From a virus (taxonomy: Duplodnaviria; Caudoviricetes): a DNA stretch of 64,000 bases. The position numbers and the translations under genes were made by a program. The stretch spans positions 444 to 64,443 of the IMG/VR virus record IMGVR_UViG_2551306416_000003. The stretch is one strand, 5' to 3'. Positions within the stretch are counted from its first letter, which is position 1; every line of letters begins with the position of its first letter. The notes under the pieces were generated by a model that did not search any database, had not been told where the DNA came from, and worked only from the letters and a program-made list of their open reading frames with translations. Of the stretch, positions 9,899 to 20,342 are shown in pieces.

Positions 9899-12570
9899 TT
9901 GTGCATACCCGACACCCCTGCATTGAAGAGTAAGCCATCGGTACCAATTGAGACACCCACCGATCCCGACATCGCCTTGTTGCTGCTGTGCTGTTCGGTC
10001 GTACTTTGCGCAGCCAGCAGGCGCACTTCGTTGTCGGCTTTCAGGAGCGTGTTGGCACCGGACCTAATGTCGCTGCCTTGCACAATGAGGTTGCTGTCAG
10101 CACCACCGCCCTGCGCAATCAGGCTGATGTTGCCACCCGCATTGAGGGTGGAACCGCGTGCGGTACTGGCATTGGATTGACTGTGGTTCTCGCTCTGGCT
10201 TGCGCCCAAGCTGATGGCTAGATTGATCCCACCTACCTTGTCAGCTGCCGTGGCGTCGCGGGTCTCGGGGTTGCCGTCGGCGCCGAGCTTGGGCTTGCCG
10301 TTTTCATCAAGGGCATTTGTCCGGACTTGCGGATTGTCTTTGCCATCGACCTGAAAGCCCTGGCCCGTTCGCACAGCATCCACTGCATTCTTGCCCGCAA
10401 AGCCGATATTAGCTGCAGCTAGCAATTGCATCCGCCCGCCCGAGGTGTTCTTCGCCGCGCGCGCCATCTGCTGCGCCGTCTCAATCGCCGACAACACCGG
10501 ACTGGTGATCTGAACCGTCAGGCCGCTTTGCTTGAAGACCATATCCTGCGTATTGCGTTCGGTCTCAGCCGCTGCAAGAATACTGATGCGCTTGGCCACA
10601 ACATCAATATCTCCCCTGGGGGCAATCACATTGCTGCCACTCTGCGTATAGGCATTGCCCGCCTTAATCGAGATATTGCCATCAATGCTGCCCACATTGG
10701 ATGACACTGCGGTGGTGCTGACGGTGGTGTTCTTGTTATCCAACTCGCGCGTGCCGATGGTGAAGCCGAATCCACCGCCACCAAGCAAACCGCTGCTCTT
10801 CTTATTGCTGCTGTTGGCGGATTCGAACTTGTCACTGGCAGAGACGACCGTGATGTTGTCACCCGCCACCAGCGAAGTCCCGGCGCTCGATACGACGTTG
10901 CTGCCGATGATGCTCATGTCCTTGCCCGCTTGCAGCACTGTCGTGTCGCCGCTCAAGGTACTGCCCACGGCATTGGTATAGGCACGCTTGCCATAGCTGG
11001 TGCGTGTGGTGCTGGAGGCCAGGCCGCGCGAGGTGCTTGTGGCGTATTCGCTATGGCTACGATAAGCATCTTCGGAAACCACATTAATATCACCGCTGGC
11101 CGCCACTGCCAGTGCCTTACCAGCAGTGATGTTGCTAGCAGCCACCTTGACGTCCGCTTGTTCCAGCAAGCCCGCCTTGATGCTAATTCCATCGGCGGCG
11201 TTGATGTTGCTGCCCACCACATTGACGCCTTGATCGTCTGCTCGCACGTAGGATCTGGAGGTGGTGTGGCTCACCATCGATTCGGACTGATCCAGTGCCG
11301 CCCCAATCGTCACCGCTCGTCCAGCCATCAGCGAGCCGCTACCAATGCCATTGCTGCCGATGTCAACCTGCGCCGCGGTCATGCTCAGATCGCGCTGCGC
11401 TACCAGCGTCAAGTTGCTACCGGCGTTGATGTTGGAGCCTACGCTGGCGACGCTTTGGGCGCTGCCCAGATAGCCACTGAAGTTGGCATTGTAAGTGCTG
11501 CTGGTCTTGATCGTGTCCAGCTTGATATCGCGACCGGCGCTTAAGCTCAGGTTGCCTGAAGTGGCATCTCCTAAGCGACCGCTGGCCAGCGTTGAGCCCA
11601 GATTGCTGATGTCTGCACCGGCACGAACGGTGAGGTTCTTGCCGGCCGCAATGCTACCCTGGTTCGACAGCGAGGTGTAACTGCCGCTGGTCTGGCCGTT
11701 AGCGTAGTTCTGGGTAACGGTGAGGGCTTCGTTGTTCACGTTCCTGCCGGCACTGATCACGATCTCGTCGCCGCTGATCTTCCCGCCCAAGTTGGAGAGG
11801 TCATTAGCGGCCACCAGAACGGTGCGGCCGTTGCCACTGGCGCGGCCGTCGATGAAGCCCCCCTTATTGGTAATGTTTTCGGCCTGGATGGTAATGTCGC
11901 TGCCGCTGATCAGGGCGCCGCTACTGAGCAGCGCGTCCTTGTCCACGTGCGCCAAGTAGAGCCTGGGGACCAGGACGTCTTCGGTACGACCATCAGGCAA
12001 GACCACCTTCTGTGATTCCAGCCATACGATGTCGCTGGTGAGATGGCTGACCTGTTCTGCCGTCAACGCCACACCGGGGCGCAGGTCCCAGCGTTTTGCC
12101 ACACTCACAGCATTGGTCAACAACCGCTGGTATTGGGAGTCGTCGTTGGCGCTGCCGCTGGGCCGACCGGTGAGTTGGGCCATTTGCTCACGCACCAAAC
12201 GCTGCTCGTAGAAACCATCACCAAGACGTTTTTGGGTAGTGGAGGGATCGACGTTGAGCGCTGTGAGCAGGTAGTCGCTGCTGAGCCAAGTACGGTGGTC
12301 AGTGAATTGGGAACGTGTCTCCAGTAGATAGCTGGCACTTGCCGAGGGCCGGAACAACACCCCTGGTCGAAGGGGGAGAGGAACGTTGCCGTTCTGCGGG
12401 AATGAGGCTCCGGCGGGGAAGCCGCTCATGCTCGGTAAGCCTCCAGTGGAGGGAAGTGCGCCGCCTGGTATCGTGACGCCAGGACGGCCGGCCACATTGC
12501 CCAGCAAGCCACCGATGGACTGGCCACTACCGGTTGTGGGAGTGATGTCATTGCGGATGTTGGCTGCACT
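9874..12570 (-). pseudogene. cdiA: Truncated cdiA-like exoprotein (YP region and FHA-2 repeats)
   Basis: LSSDYLL.AL...KRLGDGFYEQRLVREQ motif and haemagglutinin repeats; no signal peptide, TPS domain or CdiB nearby. Confidence 0.88.
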
Positions 12571-12916
12571 CCCATGTACCCAATCAAGAACAAGCCGGTG
12601 CCGGTGATCATCGGCACCGTCAACCTGCTGACAACGATGCAGAAAGTCATGGATCGCAAGCGCAACAGCAGAGCGATGCTCAAGAGCTCCAAGAAAAAGT
12701 GACCGATAAAAAGCACCTTTCGTTGGTGAAAACTCCGCTTGACCCGAGTTAGCGCTGCTACCACCCTCATCATTGCCATAATCTGTGTATAGCGGAGCTG
12801 GAGGATGAATGTCCGTTGTTGGGAAAGAGCTTTATACGCTGCCAGGGCCAATAAAAGAACATTGCCCCTGGCAATCTTTACCGGCGCATCTACGCTACTA
12901 ATTCGATAAGGGATGT

Positions 12917-13150
12917 ATGTCTACCTACCAAACTGCAGACAGCTCGGGCGCATTTATTTATGAGCTGAAATATTCGCATCATTCAGATGGATGGCAGATG
13001 AATAGCATCTCCGTTCTGCGAAGCGACAATGAGGTTTTTTCGAAGAAAGATCTTGCCGGCGTGTATCGGGCAGAAGCTGTCTTACTTGCGCAAGGTGTCA
13101 GTATGTGCGAAGCGGTAATTGCGCGGCTTCGCTCGCCTGTTTCTTTCTAA
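12917..13150 (+). CDS. Hypothetical protein
   Basis: 77-aa ORF with AAGGA RBS. Confidence 0.5.
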   Translation: MSTYQTADSSGAFIYELKYSHHSDGWQMNSISVLRSDNEVFSKKDLAGVYRAEAVLLAQGVSMCEAVIARLRSPVSF

Positions 13151-13677
13151 GCGCTAAACAAAAATTCAAATTGCAGATGTTCGACCGAAAGTATTTGCGA
13201 AAATTATCTGTTGCTTTTGGCGCAATTTTTCACAGGTTTCACTAGTTTTGTAACGTTCACTCTCCAACTGGAAATGCATCCGGTTGAGGTAGAGCCAGAT
13301 GGAGTTACCCCATCTCTTATAGCCAGGCGGCCACGATTCAAAGAACGGCCAAGCCGGCAAATCCCCCCCAATTGTCCTCCCCTATGTCATGCCACGCCTT
13401 CGCCGATTTTAGGGCGGCCTGTTCACGCCCCATTTCGTCGCCACATCATAGCCTTTGTTCGCCGCTAGTAACGCATGAATTAATTTTCCAGCTAGTGCGT
13501 GCGGAATCGCATTGCGCGGCACATCGAAGTTCTCAAATGACAATTTACGGTGCTCCCCAGCTCTGCTGAGCTGGACTAGGCTTGTCTGAATATTCTGTCC
13601 GGCAGGGTCATTAAGGTAGGGATGGAAGGAAATTATTAAAAATGCAACAATAATTTCGCTCGGACCCTGTGCGCGCG

Positions 13678-13696
13678 GTTGCCCCCACCCCGCGCC
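13678..13696 (-). other. P2-type cos site of element 1
   Basis: Minus strand GGCGCGGGGTGGGGGCAAC, a 19-mer resembling the P2 cohesive end GGCGAGGCGGGGAAAGCAC; identical copy at 56447-56465 with similar flanks over ~145 bp. Confidence 0.75.
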
Positions 13697-14224
13697 TGCC
13701 CGCTATATAGGTCGGATTTGACTCAAATTTGCATCAGATGCTGAAGCCTGTCCAATCTGGCCCGGCGGCACCGCCAATGGGCGCCAAACATGACGCATTT
13801 TGACGCAGGATAGGGTGTTTTTCGCGGCCCCCGATCCTTGGGCATAATTTTCGCTATAACATCTTTGGGGAGTGTAACCAAAGCGGTGCGCTTCAAGGAG
13901 GGAACCCGGCGAGATCGTTCTCGAACTGATCGATGTCCAGATCGAGGTCATCAAGTCTTCGCGCATGATTCTCCAAGGGAACGCCGGCAAGCTCAAGGTG
14001 TACCGGTTGAGTTCTCCAAGGGGCGGCTGTGCGGGCAGCATGCATCTACTTGAGGCCCCCAGTAGCGATTTTTAGCGTAATGGGGGAGACCGACGTCAGC
14101 TGCCAGGTTGCGTAGGGACTGCGGAACAACGGCGTTGGCTATCATTAGGCCGGTGTCGGCCATTGCTATGGAGCGCCAACATTGGGGAAGCATTTTCAAC
14201 CGAGACAACAAAAAAAATCTAATT

Positions 14225-15328
14225 ATGGATATCACATTCAGAGCGGCGTGGAGAATGCCTTTAGGCTTTAGTCTTAATCTAGATTCTCTCCCAATTGTGG
14301 TCCATTCCGAGGACGGAAAAAAATTTACTCTCGCCAATGAGCCAGTCGATGATTTCTTTTCAGAAATTGACAAAGGGCGAGCTCTGTGGGAACTGCATAC
14401 TGAGGTTTTGGAGTCCCACGAAGAACTCACCTATGCAGAATATAAATCGCGACTGGATACCTATATCTCCTTGCTGAGGAAAGACCGGCTAATCCAGCAT
14501 TGGAAAGGCAATGAAAATTTCATCACAGGGGCGCGTTACACCGTATTGCTGTTTGAAGTTACAGCAGATATCGAGCCGAAGGAAAAAATGGGGGGACTGC
14601 GCATATTCGGATTAGTGGATCTGATGGTTACGGAACCATTGGAGCAATACTTTCACAACCAATATAAACAAGAAATTGATCGCATTAAATTGGCCATCAG
14701 CTTGGAGAATGAAAGGCTGGAAACATTCGAATATATTGGGAGTGGGACCTTCTCCAAAAATGATGATGGCGAGGTTGTGCACCATGTGGGAGTCAGTTCG
14801 ACGTCAAATGGAATTTATATTCCCGACGAATACGAAAATGATCATCTAGAAAGAATAAAAAGAAGAATAAAAGTCATGCCTCTAACAAAGAACTTCATAC
14901 AAATACAAAATTTACTTTCCATTGGGTTGGTGCCTGGAGCAGATCAACGGCAATCATTTTTGTTAATTTGGAATGCATTCGAAAGGCTTATCGTCGACTG
15001 TCACGCCGAGATTGAAAACAGTGTTCTTTCCGAAAGCATCCCGCTTCAGACTTTTTACAATCAAAAAATTAAGAAAAACCTGTCTGAAAAACGAATAATA
15101 GGTCTTCCAGATCACTTTTTCAGAATGGCTGCTGCGCTTGATCCAACTGCGAGGGATATGGATGCAAACACCGAATTTGATCTATTCTTTTCGATTATAA
15201 GTATCAGAAATCGCATGTTCCACGGCTCGACTGTTGATGTCGGCCCTGATGTTTTGCACAGCCTTCGCAAGTTACTTAGAAAATACCTGTCACGCTGGAC
15301 CGATAGCAACCTCAGAAAAGATGAGTAA
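14225..15328 (+). CDS. Putative HEPN-domain protein (candidate anti-phage RNase)
   Basis: FLLIWNAFE helix and C-terminal RNRMFH (Rx4H); AT-rich; next to cos. Confidence 0.6.
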   Translation: MDITFRAAWRMPLGFSLNLDSLPIVVHSEDGKKFTLANEPVDDFFSEIDKGRALWELHTEVLESHEELTYAEYKSRLDTYISLLRKDRLIQHWKGNENFITGARYTVLLFEVTADIEPKEKMGGLRIFGLVDLMVTEPLEQYFHNQYKQEIDRIKLAISLENERLETFEYIGSGTFSKNDDGEVVHHVGVSSTSNGIYIPDEYENDHLERIKRRIKVMPLTKNFIQIQNLLSIGLVPGADQRQSFLLIWNAFERLIVDCHAEIENSVLSESIPLQTFYNQKIKKNLSEKRIIGLPDHFFRMAAALDPTARDMDANTEFDLFFSIISIRNRMFHGSTVDVGPDVLHSLRKLLRKYLSRWTDSNLRKDE

Positions 15329-15436
15329 CTATGGCGCTCGCTAAACCGCACACCGATGAAAATGGCGAAGTCCGCCCGCTCAAGCAAGGCAGTGATTGTA
15401 AAAAAAGGATCTATTTCTTGAGGAGGAATTGTTAGC

Positions 15437-15769
15437 ATGAGCACCATGGCGAACGCGATTAGAGAGAGTTTGCAAGATGCACCGACTGGAGCCACACGAA
15501 GTCAAATTAGAGACTACGTAGAAGCGAATTATCCTGGTAATTGGAAGCCAGGGACTTTAACTGCGCATCTATATGGCTGTCAGGTAAATAATGCGGTTGC
15601 CTATCGTCATCATCCCTTTGCTGAAAAGTTTTTGTTCAAAGCGGAAGATGGCCGTTTTCATATTTACGACGAAGCAAGGCATGGACCGAATATCTGGCGC
15701 GGTTCTGATGCCGACGTAGATATCGTTGACGAAAATGATATTGAGCAGCGAGTGGAAGCGTCAATCACT
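15437..15769 (+). pseudogene. 3'-truncated gene, winged-helix-like N-terminus (possibly of a NucS/Mrr-type nuclease)
   Basis: ORF runs into the IS21 relic after EASIT; family assignment is tentative. Confidence 0.45.
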
Positions 15770-16243
15770 GTTCCTTTGCTCGCAGAACTGACCCGGTCTA
15801 ACTGATCCACTTTCCACTGCCTAGCAAACGCTGCAACACGATCATATGAACCGTCGAATCCGAGCAAGCGTAGGTCTGCATGCATCTGCTTGAGGCTGCG
15901 TTTTTGCTTTCTAGATTTGGTGGATTCCGTTTTTAGCCACGTTGAAAGCTTGAATGCGTATGCATCCAAAGCACTGGCCGAACGGCGGTCTGCGTAGGCT
16001 GGCTCTACAGTTTCAGAGCGCAGGTAACGTCTAACGGTGTTCCTTGAAATGCCAAGTCGCTTGGCGATCTCTCTTAGCGATATCTGGTCTCGTAGGTGCC
16101 AGCGCCGAATAATTCCTAGTAATGCCACGTCGATCACTCCAATCTCCCACCTGATTGCCTAGGTAGGATTGTGTCTCAAACGTGGGTCAATTTTCGATGC
16201 AAAAAACCCAGCAAAGTGGGTCAGTTTTCGATGCAAATCTACA
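15770..16243 (-). mobile_element. istA: IS21-family relic: left end plus 5' third of istA
   Basis: MIDVALLGIIRRWHLRDQISLREIAKRLGISRNTVRRYLR; terminal TGTAGATTTGCATCGAAAACTGACCCAC with a second repeat at 16182-16203. Confidence 0.9.
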
Positions 16244-16585
16244 GCCAGTCTTCTGAGCAACGAGCTCCCGCCTGGCAATTTTATTTTCGATGTAAAAAAA
16301 TTTCGACTGATTGACGTTTTCCCACGCCGCATGAATACGGCGATTGCAGCAGGGGGCGGCGGCATTCTCGCCGGACTGACAGCTTCCATACCAGAAAATG
16401 AAGACAATATTACGTGTATGGTATCGGGACAATTACAGGAAAAACACATTGATCTCGCGATCAGCGAAATTTATCACCTCTCACCACTCGCAGGTCTAGT
16501 CGCCAACGACCCCAGCTTCAAGAACGCTGTCAATAATTGCCTGAAGAGACTCGCACATGAGGTGGCGAAGGACGAGAATAGATAA
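16244..16585 (+). pseudogene. 3' remnant of a gene interrupted by IS21
   Basis: Frame open from the IS end to TAG at 16585; no start outside the IS. Confidence 0.4.
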
Positions 16586-16793
16586 CCGGTTTCACTGGGT
16601 ACGAAGGGCTGGTGAGGCCCTCGACGTCTTCATTTAGGCGCGGATGAGGTAATACTTGCGATCAGTGCAAAACAAAGTTGTTGGAAAAAAATTACCGGAG
16701 ACAATGTCCTCAATCGGCCAGAAGAGGACTATGCATACGTCATCCGAGGGGATGCTCTAATTCGGCCAGACGCGAATCTTGGGAAACATAAAA

Positions 16794-17243
16794 ATGGCAT
16801 ATACCCTTCAGGCATTCGTCCTGCCGCGACCTTCTTTAGAAAATGGGGACTCGGCTAGCTTTCCGGGCCTGGTGGCGTTAAATCAGGGGGTGGCTATGAT
16901 TCCAATTACAAGCGCTCTGCGAGCGGCCACCGGCATTCCTTTCCTTCCTCTGACGGATGGTGGTGAAAAAGCGATGCCACGCTCGTTGATTGCTTTTTGC
17001 AAAAAAATCGCTCTTCCAGGTCCAGTCCTATACTTGGAAGCCGAATACTTTGGAGGCGTCGGGACGCAAGCGTATGCGGTGTTCAACGGCGGCGAATTGG
17101 TTTCAGGTCCGATTGTCGGCGCTGATGCAATTAATTCCGCGCTTGCTTTGGTCGGCGTCAATGTCTCCGAGGATCAGGATAGATTTGGCGTTGTGGGACT
17201 GAATAAATATCGCGATACGGATCAATGGGTTACAGGGTCGTAG
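16794..17243 (+). CDS. Cassette gene 1, hypothetical
   Basis: YLEAEYFGGVGTQ motif; stop codon 2 nt before a hairpin repeat. Confidence 0.75.
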   Translation: MAYTLQAFVLPRPSLENGDSASFPGLVALNQGVAMIPITSALRAATGIPFLPLTDGGEKAMPRSLIAFCKKIALPGPVLYLEAEYFGGVGTQAYAVFNGGELVSGPIVGADAINSALALVGVNVSEDQDRFGVVGLNKYRDTDQWVTGS

Positions 17244-17305
17244 ACGTCCGCAATCGGCCATAAGCGGACCTTCGGCACTTGATTTGCTAGTGGGCAATAA
17301 GTCTG

Positions 17306-17352
17306 TTTTTCAGCTTATTCTGAAGGGTAGATAACGGACAAATCCCGCCCCC
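17306..17352. repeat. 47-bp direct repeat of 21876-21922 (recombinase C-terminal tail and partial att core)
   Basis: TTTTTCAGCT[T/G]ATTCTGAAGGGTAGATAACGGACAAATCCCGCCCCC, 1 mismatch. Confidence 0.9.
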
Positions 17353-17522
17353 ACGCCCATCAACCACCTTCGCATGATTTGCTGGGATTCATACCGGATT
17401 CCACATCCGGACACCCCGATTTTTCTTTGAGCTAAGATGTCTGCTATCGGCCAGATTCAGGCAAAGAAATCGGCCAACGGCAGTAACTTGTTTAACCTAA
17501 ATCGGCGAGCTTCTTGAAAAGT

Positions 17523-18083
17523 ATGAAGGTCACTCCCCCATTCGACGAACTCGCCAAAGAATACGGCGTGGAAGTCGTACGTGATAAAGGCAATTCCGTA
17601 ATTTCGATACCAAGCATCTCAGAGGTGCAGTTGGATATCGGCTTTATATTGCATCGCCCGCCGTCGCTATTTGAGAAGTGGAGTTTTATTCGTACTGTGA
17701 CTATCGCCGAGGACTTATGCTGTTATGGCCGTGGTGCAGAGTCACTGGCAAAGTTTGTACAGCGTGACGAGGAGTTTCTGGCCTCCTTACGTCTTCTGTT
17801 AGAGAACTTTCGAAGCGAAATTGTATGGTCTGATTCGCTCTTATATACGAGATTAAGTCCTTATGTCGCTGAAAGCGATGTCACCGGTGGTAGACGATTT
17901 TTATCAAACTTTTCACTTCTAGCAGCACGTCTCCAAAAATACGCAAGCCAGGGAATTGGCGTTGATACAGATACAAACGGCTATGGTCCCAGGCACATTC
18001 GCCGCTTGGTGTCTTTGTTAATTATCCTGGTAGGAGTGGTTTTTGGGACCGGTATTTTTTACGTTCAAAATATCCGCCATTAA
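17523..18083 (+). CDS. Cassette gene 2, membrane protein with C-terminal TM helix
   Basis: LVSLLIILVGVVFGTGIFYV; flanked by repeats. Confidence 0.7.
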   Translation: MKVTPPFDELAKEYGVEVVRDKGNSVISIPSISEVQLDIGFILHRPPSLFEKWSFIRTVTIAEDLCCYGRGAESLAKFVQRDEEFLASLRLLLENFRSEIVWSDSLLYTRLSPYVAESDVTGGRRFLSNFSLLAARLQKYASQGIGVDTDTNGYGPRHIRRLVSLLIILVGVVFGTGIFYVQNIRH

Positions 18084-18179
18084 AGCGGCAGGACAGGAAG
18101 CTTAAATCCACAGGGATGTCCGCAACCGGCCAAAAGCAGTCGCCTGAAAACTGACGAAAATCCTAATGGCGAGGAACAA

Positions 18180-18629
18180 TTGATGATCAACGGTGAAAAA
18201 ATTCTAAGAGATATACCGCTGTCAAATAGGCTCGACGCGTTGCTACGCGCGGCTGATATTGCAAACGAGGTAAATAGGGTTAGTCATCCGAATACTTTTT
18301 GTGCTTGCAGACAGGCGATACAAAAATGTAGAGATTGGTTAGATAAGAAGGAGATTTCTCCAGAAGCTTTGGCTGAGTATGTTGATGCCGATGGTGATGC
18401 TAATCCTTGGATGCAGGAATCGATTTTCAAGCCCAATTCTAGTGGGCTGCAGTCACTAATATTCATAACAATGGTCGTGGGGCATGTCGCTCATTTTTCT
18501 TATCTTCGTGTCGGTGACTCAGAGAAAATGTCTGAGGCCGTCACCGAGGCTGGCGACAATGTATTGAAGTCTATCGCGGAGTACGGCGAGAAATATGGTC
18601 TTGATGAACTGATACAAAGAAATCATTGA
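18180..18629 (+). CDS. Cassette gene 3, hypothetical (immunity-like, acidic helical)
   Basis: 149 aa with RBS GAGG; flanked by repeats. Confidence 0.7.
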   Translation: MMINGEKILRDIPLSNRLDALLRAADIANEVNRVSHPNTFCACRQAIQKCRDWLDKKEISPEALAEYVDADGDANPWMQESIFKPNSSGLQSLIFITMVVGHVAHFSYLRVGDSEKMSEAVTEAGDNVLKSIAEYGEKYGLDELIQRNH

Positions 18630-18706
18630 GAAGGACGGTAACGTCTGCTATCGGCCAGAAGCTGCCGTTCTGGTAAAAAATCTTTCCAAGAAAAATTGCG
18701 GTATAA

Positions 18707-19117
18707 ATGGACCAAGAACCAACACCCGACTTAGCCATGAAAGAAAGCGACTCATCGGCAAATGAGGTTTATATCCAGGCAAATAGACATAGCTCCAAGA
18801 CACACGAAGGAGCGAGAAGTGACATCTTGGAAGCGGGTAATTTGCCTGCTGGAAAATTGCTTTCAATTAACCGTTGGGCCTATGATCCTAGTGGAAGAGG
18901 CTTCGTCGTTCGCCCTGATATGACTCTGGATCTGAGGCCAAATCGACCTAATCAAGTCCCACGGCACGTGGTAGATGGAAAATCTTCAATGAACGCGGCT
19001 GCGTCATCCGATTCACAGTTCAGTCTAACGAGCCGCTACCTGGAAACTTCTTTCATCAAGGCTGCTACGCCGCTGGGATTATGGACATGGCCCGGGGCCA
19101 TTAAAAAAGGAAAATAA
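18707..19117 (+). CDS. Cassette gene 4a, hypothetical (possible toxin tip)
   Basis: Ends 3 nt before gene 4b. Confidence 0.5.
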   Translation: MDQEPTPDLAMKESDSSANEVYIQANRHSSKTHEGARSDILEAGNLPAGKLLSINRWAYDPSGRGFVVRPDMTLDLRPNRPNQVPRHVVDGKSSMNAAASSDSQFSLTSRYLETSFIKAATPLGLWTWPGAIKKGK

Positions 19118-19120
19118 GGG

Positions 19121-19501
19121 ATGGGAAAGAAAGAGCTGCGAGAGCTTGAGAAAAATCTTGATTATGCGTTGATTGCCGTTAGCTGCTATCGCAAGGGCAG
19201 TGATGAGGATTTCATTCCTCACGGAATCAAAATGGTTAACGAAAGCCTCGAAGCGGCTAAACGCGATCTGGAAATGTTAGGTTTGTATGAACAATGTCGC
19301 GATGCATTGGTGTGTGCTGAATTGGTCAAGCCTGGGCCTGCGCACGATGATGAGGCCGAGAAGCTGCTTTTGCAGGCTTCCCGAGCTCTCATGGAAGCCT
19401 CAGGTAGCGCTGCAGCCATGCGTAAGAAGTTGCGAGAAAAACCTGACGCCACGCTGGATGACATCAGGTCTGGTCCAGATGACTGGGCGCAAGAAGGATG
19501 A
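19121..19501 (+). CDS. Cassette gene 4b, hypothetical (possible cognate immunity)
   Basis: 126 aa, AAGGG RBS, tightly coupled to 4a. Confidence 0.65.
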   Translation: MGKKELRELEKNLDYALIAVSCYRKGSDEDFIPHGIKMVNESLEAAKRDLEMLGLYEQCRDALVCAELVKPGPAHDDEAEKLLLQASRALMEASGSAAAMRKKLREKPDATLDDIRSGPDDWAQEG

Positions 19502-19662
19502 CATAGCTAAAGATTAGCTCTTCAATATCTCCGCCCCCGCACTTGGCATGCCGGCCCTTGTTTTTCAGGTGGCACGCAGGGAGCACCACTTCTTGAAACT
19601 GATGCGACATCACGTGTCCGCAACCGGCCAATTCAGGACGTTTAGCTTCTCCAAGACATTTT

Positions 19663-20280
19663 ATGCTCCAAGACTATTTCAATCAGCTAAAGCGCGCCGA
19701 CAGGACGTCCAGTGCCCTCTTTGACGCCGAGACGGTGGTAAAGCAAAGCAAACTTTTTGCATTTCACCCGGTGGTGCAAGAGCTCCGCGGCTACATGTTG
19801 GACGACGAAAACACAAGCAATCATCATCTTTTGATTACGGTCGAGCCACTGGCTGGAAGCGTTTTTTTTCTTTCGCACGATGACGATTCGCGAGTGGTTT
19901 TTGAAAGTACGGCTGATTTCCTGGATGCCGTCGGTAAGGCTGAAGCCGAAGGGCTGTCTGTGGCTGACCTGCATCCGCGCTTGAGCCCGGTTGCGAAGGA
20001 CCAGATTGCACTTGCGAAATTCATTCACGAGCTTCTACGCCGAGAATGTAATGATCTGGTCGTCTACCTCGTGCCTTCGCTGGACCTCGAAGATCTGTCG
20101 TTGCTTCAACTACTTGCAAATGACGATGACTTCTTCTTGGGAGAGGCGGTCGCCATAGAAATCGAGAAGCGGCCTTCGAAAGCGCTTTTGCCCGTCGCAG
20201 CTATATGTGCTGACCATGGACATCCCCAAGTTTCTAGCCCCGGACTGCGCGCTGTGCGGTGTATTCAGCAGCTTCTTTGA
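19663..20280 (+). CDS. Cassette gene 5, SUKH/SMI1-like N-terminal half plus helical-repeat C-terminus
   Basis: LAGSVFFLSHDDDSRVVFESTADFL resembles the SUKH C-terminal motif; stop 2 nt before a repeat. Confidence 0.6.
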   Translation: MLQDYFNQLKRADRTSSALFDAETVVKQSKLFAFHPVVQELRGYMLDDENTSNHHLLITVEPLAGSVFFLSHDDDSRVVFESTADFLDAVGKAEAEGLSVADLHPRLSPVAKDQIALAKFIHELLRRECNDLVVYLVPSLDLEDLSLLQLLANDDDFFLGEAVAIEIEKRPSKALLPVAAICADHGHPQVSSPGLRAVRCIQQLL

Positions 20281-20342
20281 ACGTACGCAACCGGCGAGAT
20301 GCGGACATTTTTAAAAATCACTGATACGCGAAAAAATTTCCT

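Noticed and set aside
12575-12712. Plus-strand coding-like scrap (NKPVPVIIGTVNLLTTMQKVMDRKR...) at the cdiA break
   Set aside because: No start and no recognisable family; cannot be assigned
13838-14060. ORFs just downstream of cos1
   Set aside because: Several short overlapping frames, none with a convincing start or motif
15326-15436. Possible integron attC (TAAC...GTTAGCA) after the HEPN gene
   Set aside because: The interior is not palindromic, the inverse core is poor, and there is no IntI in the window
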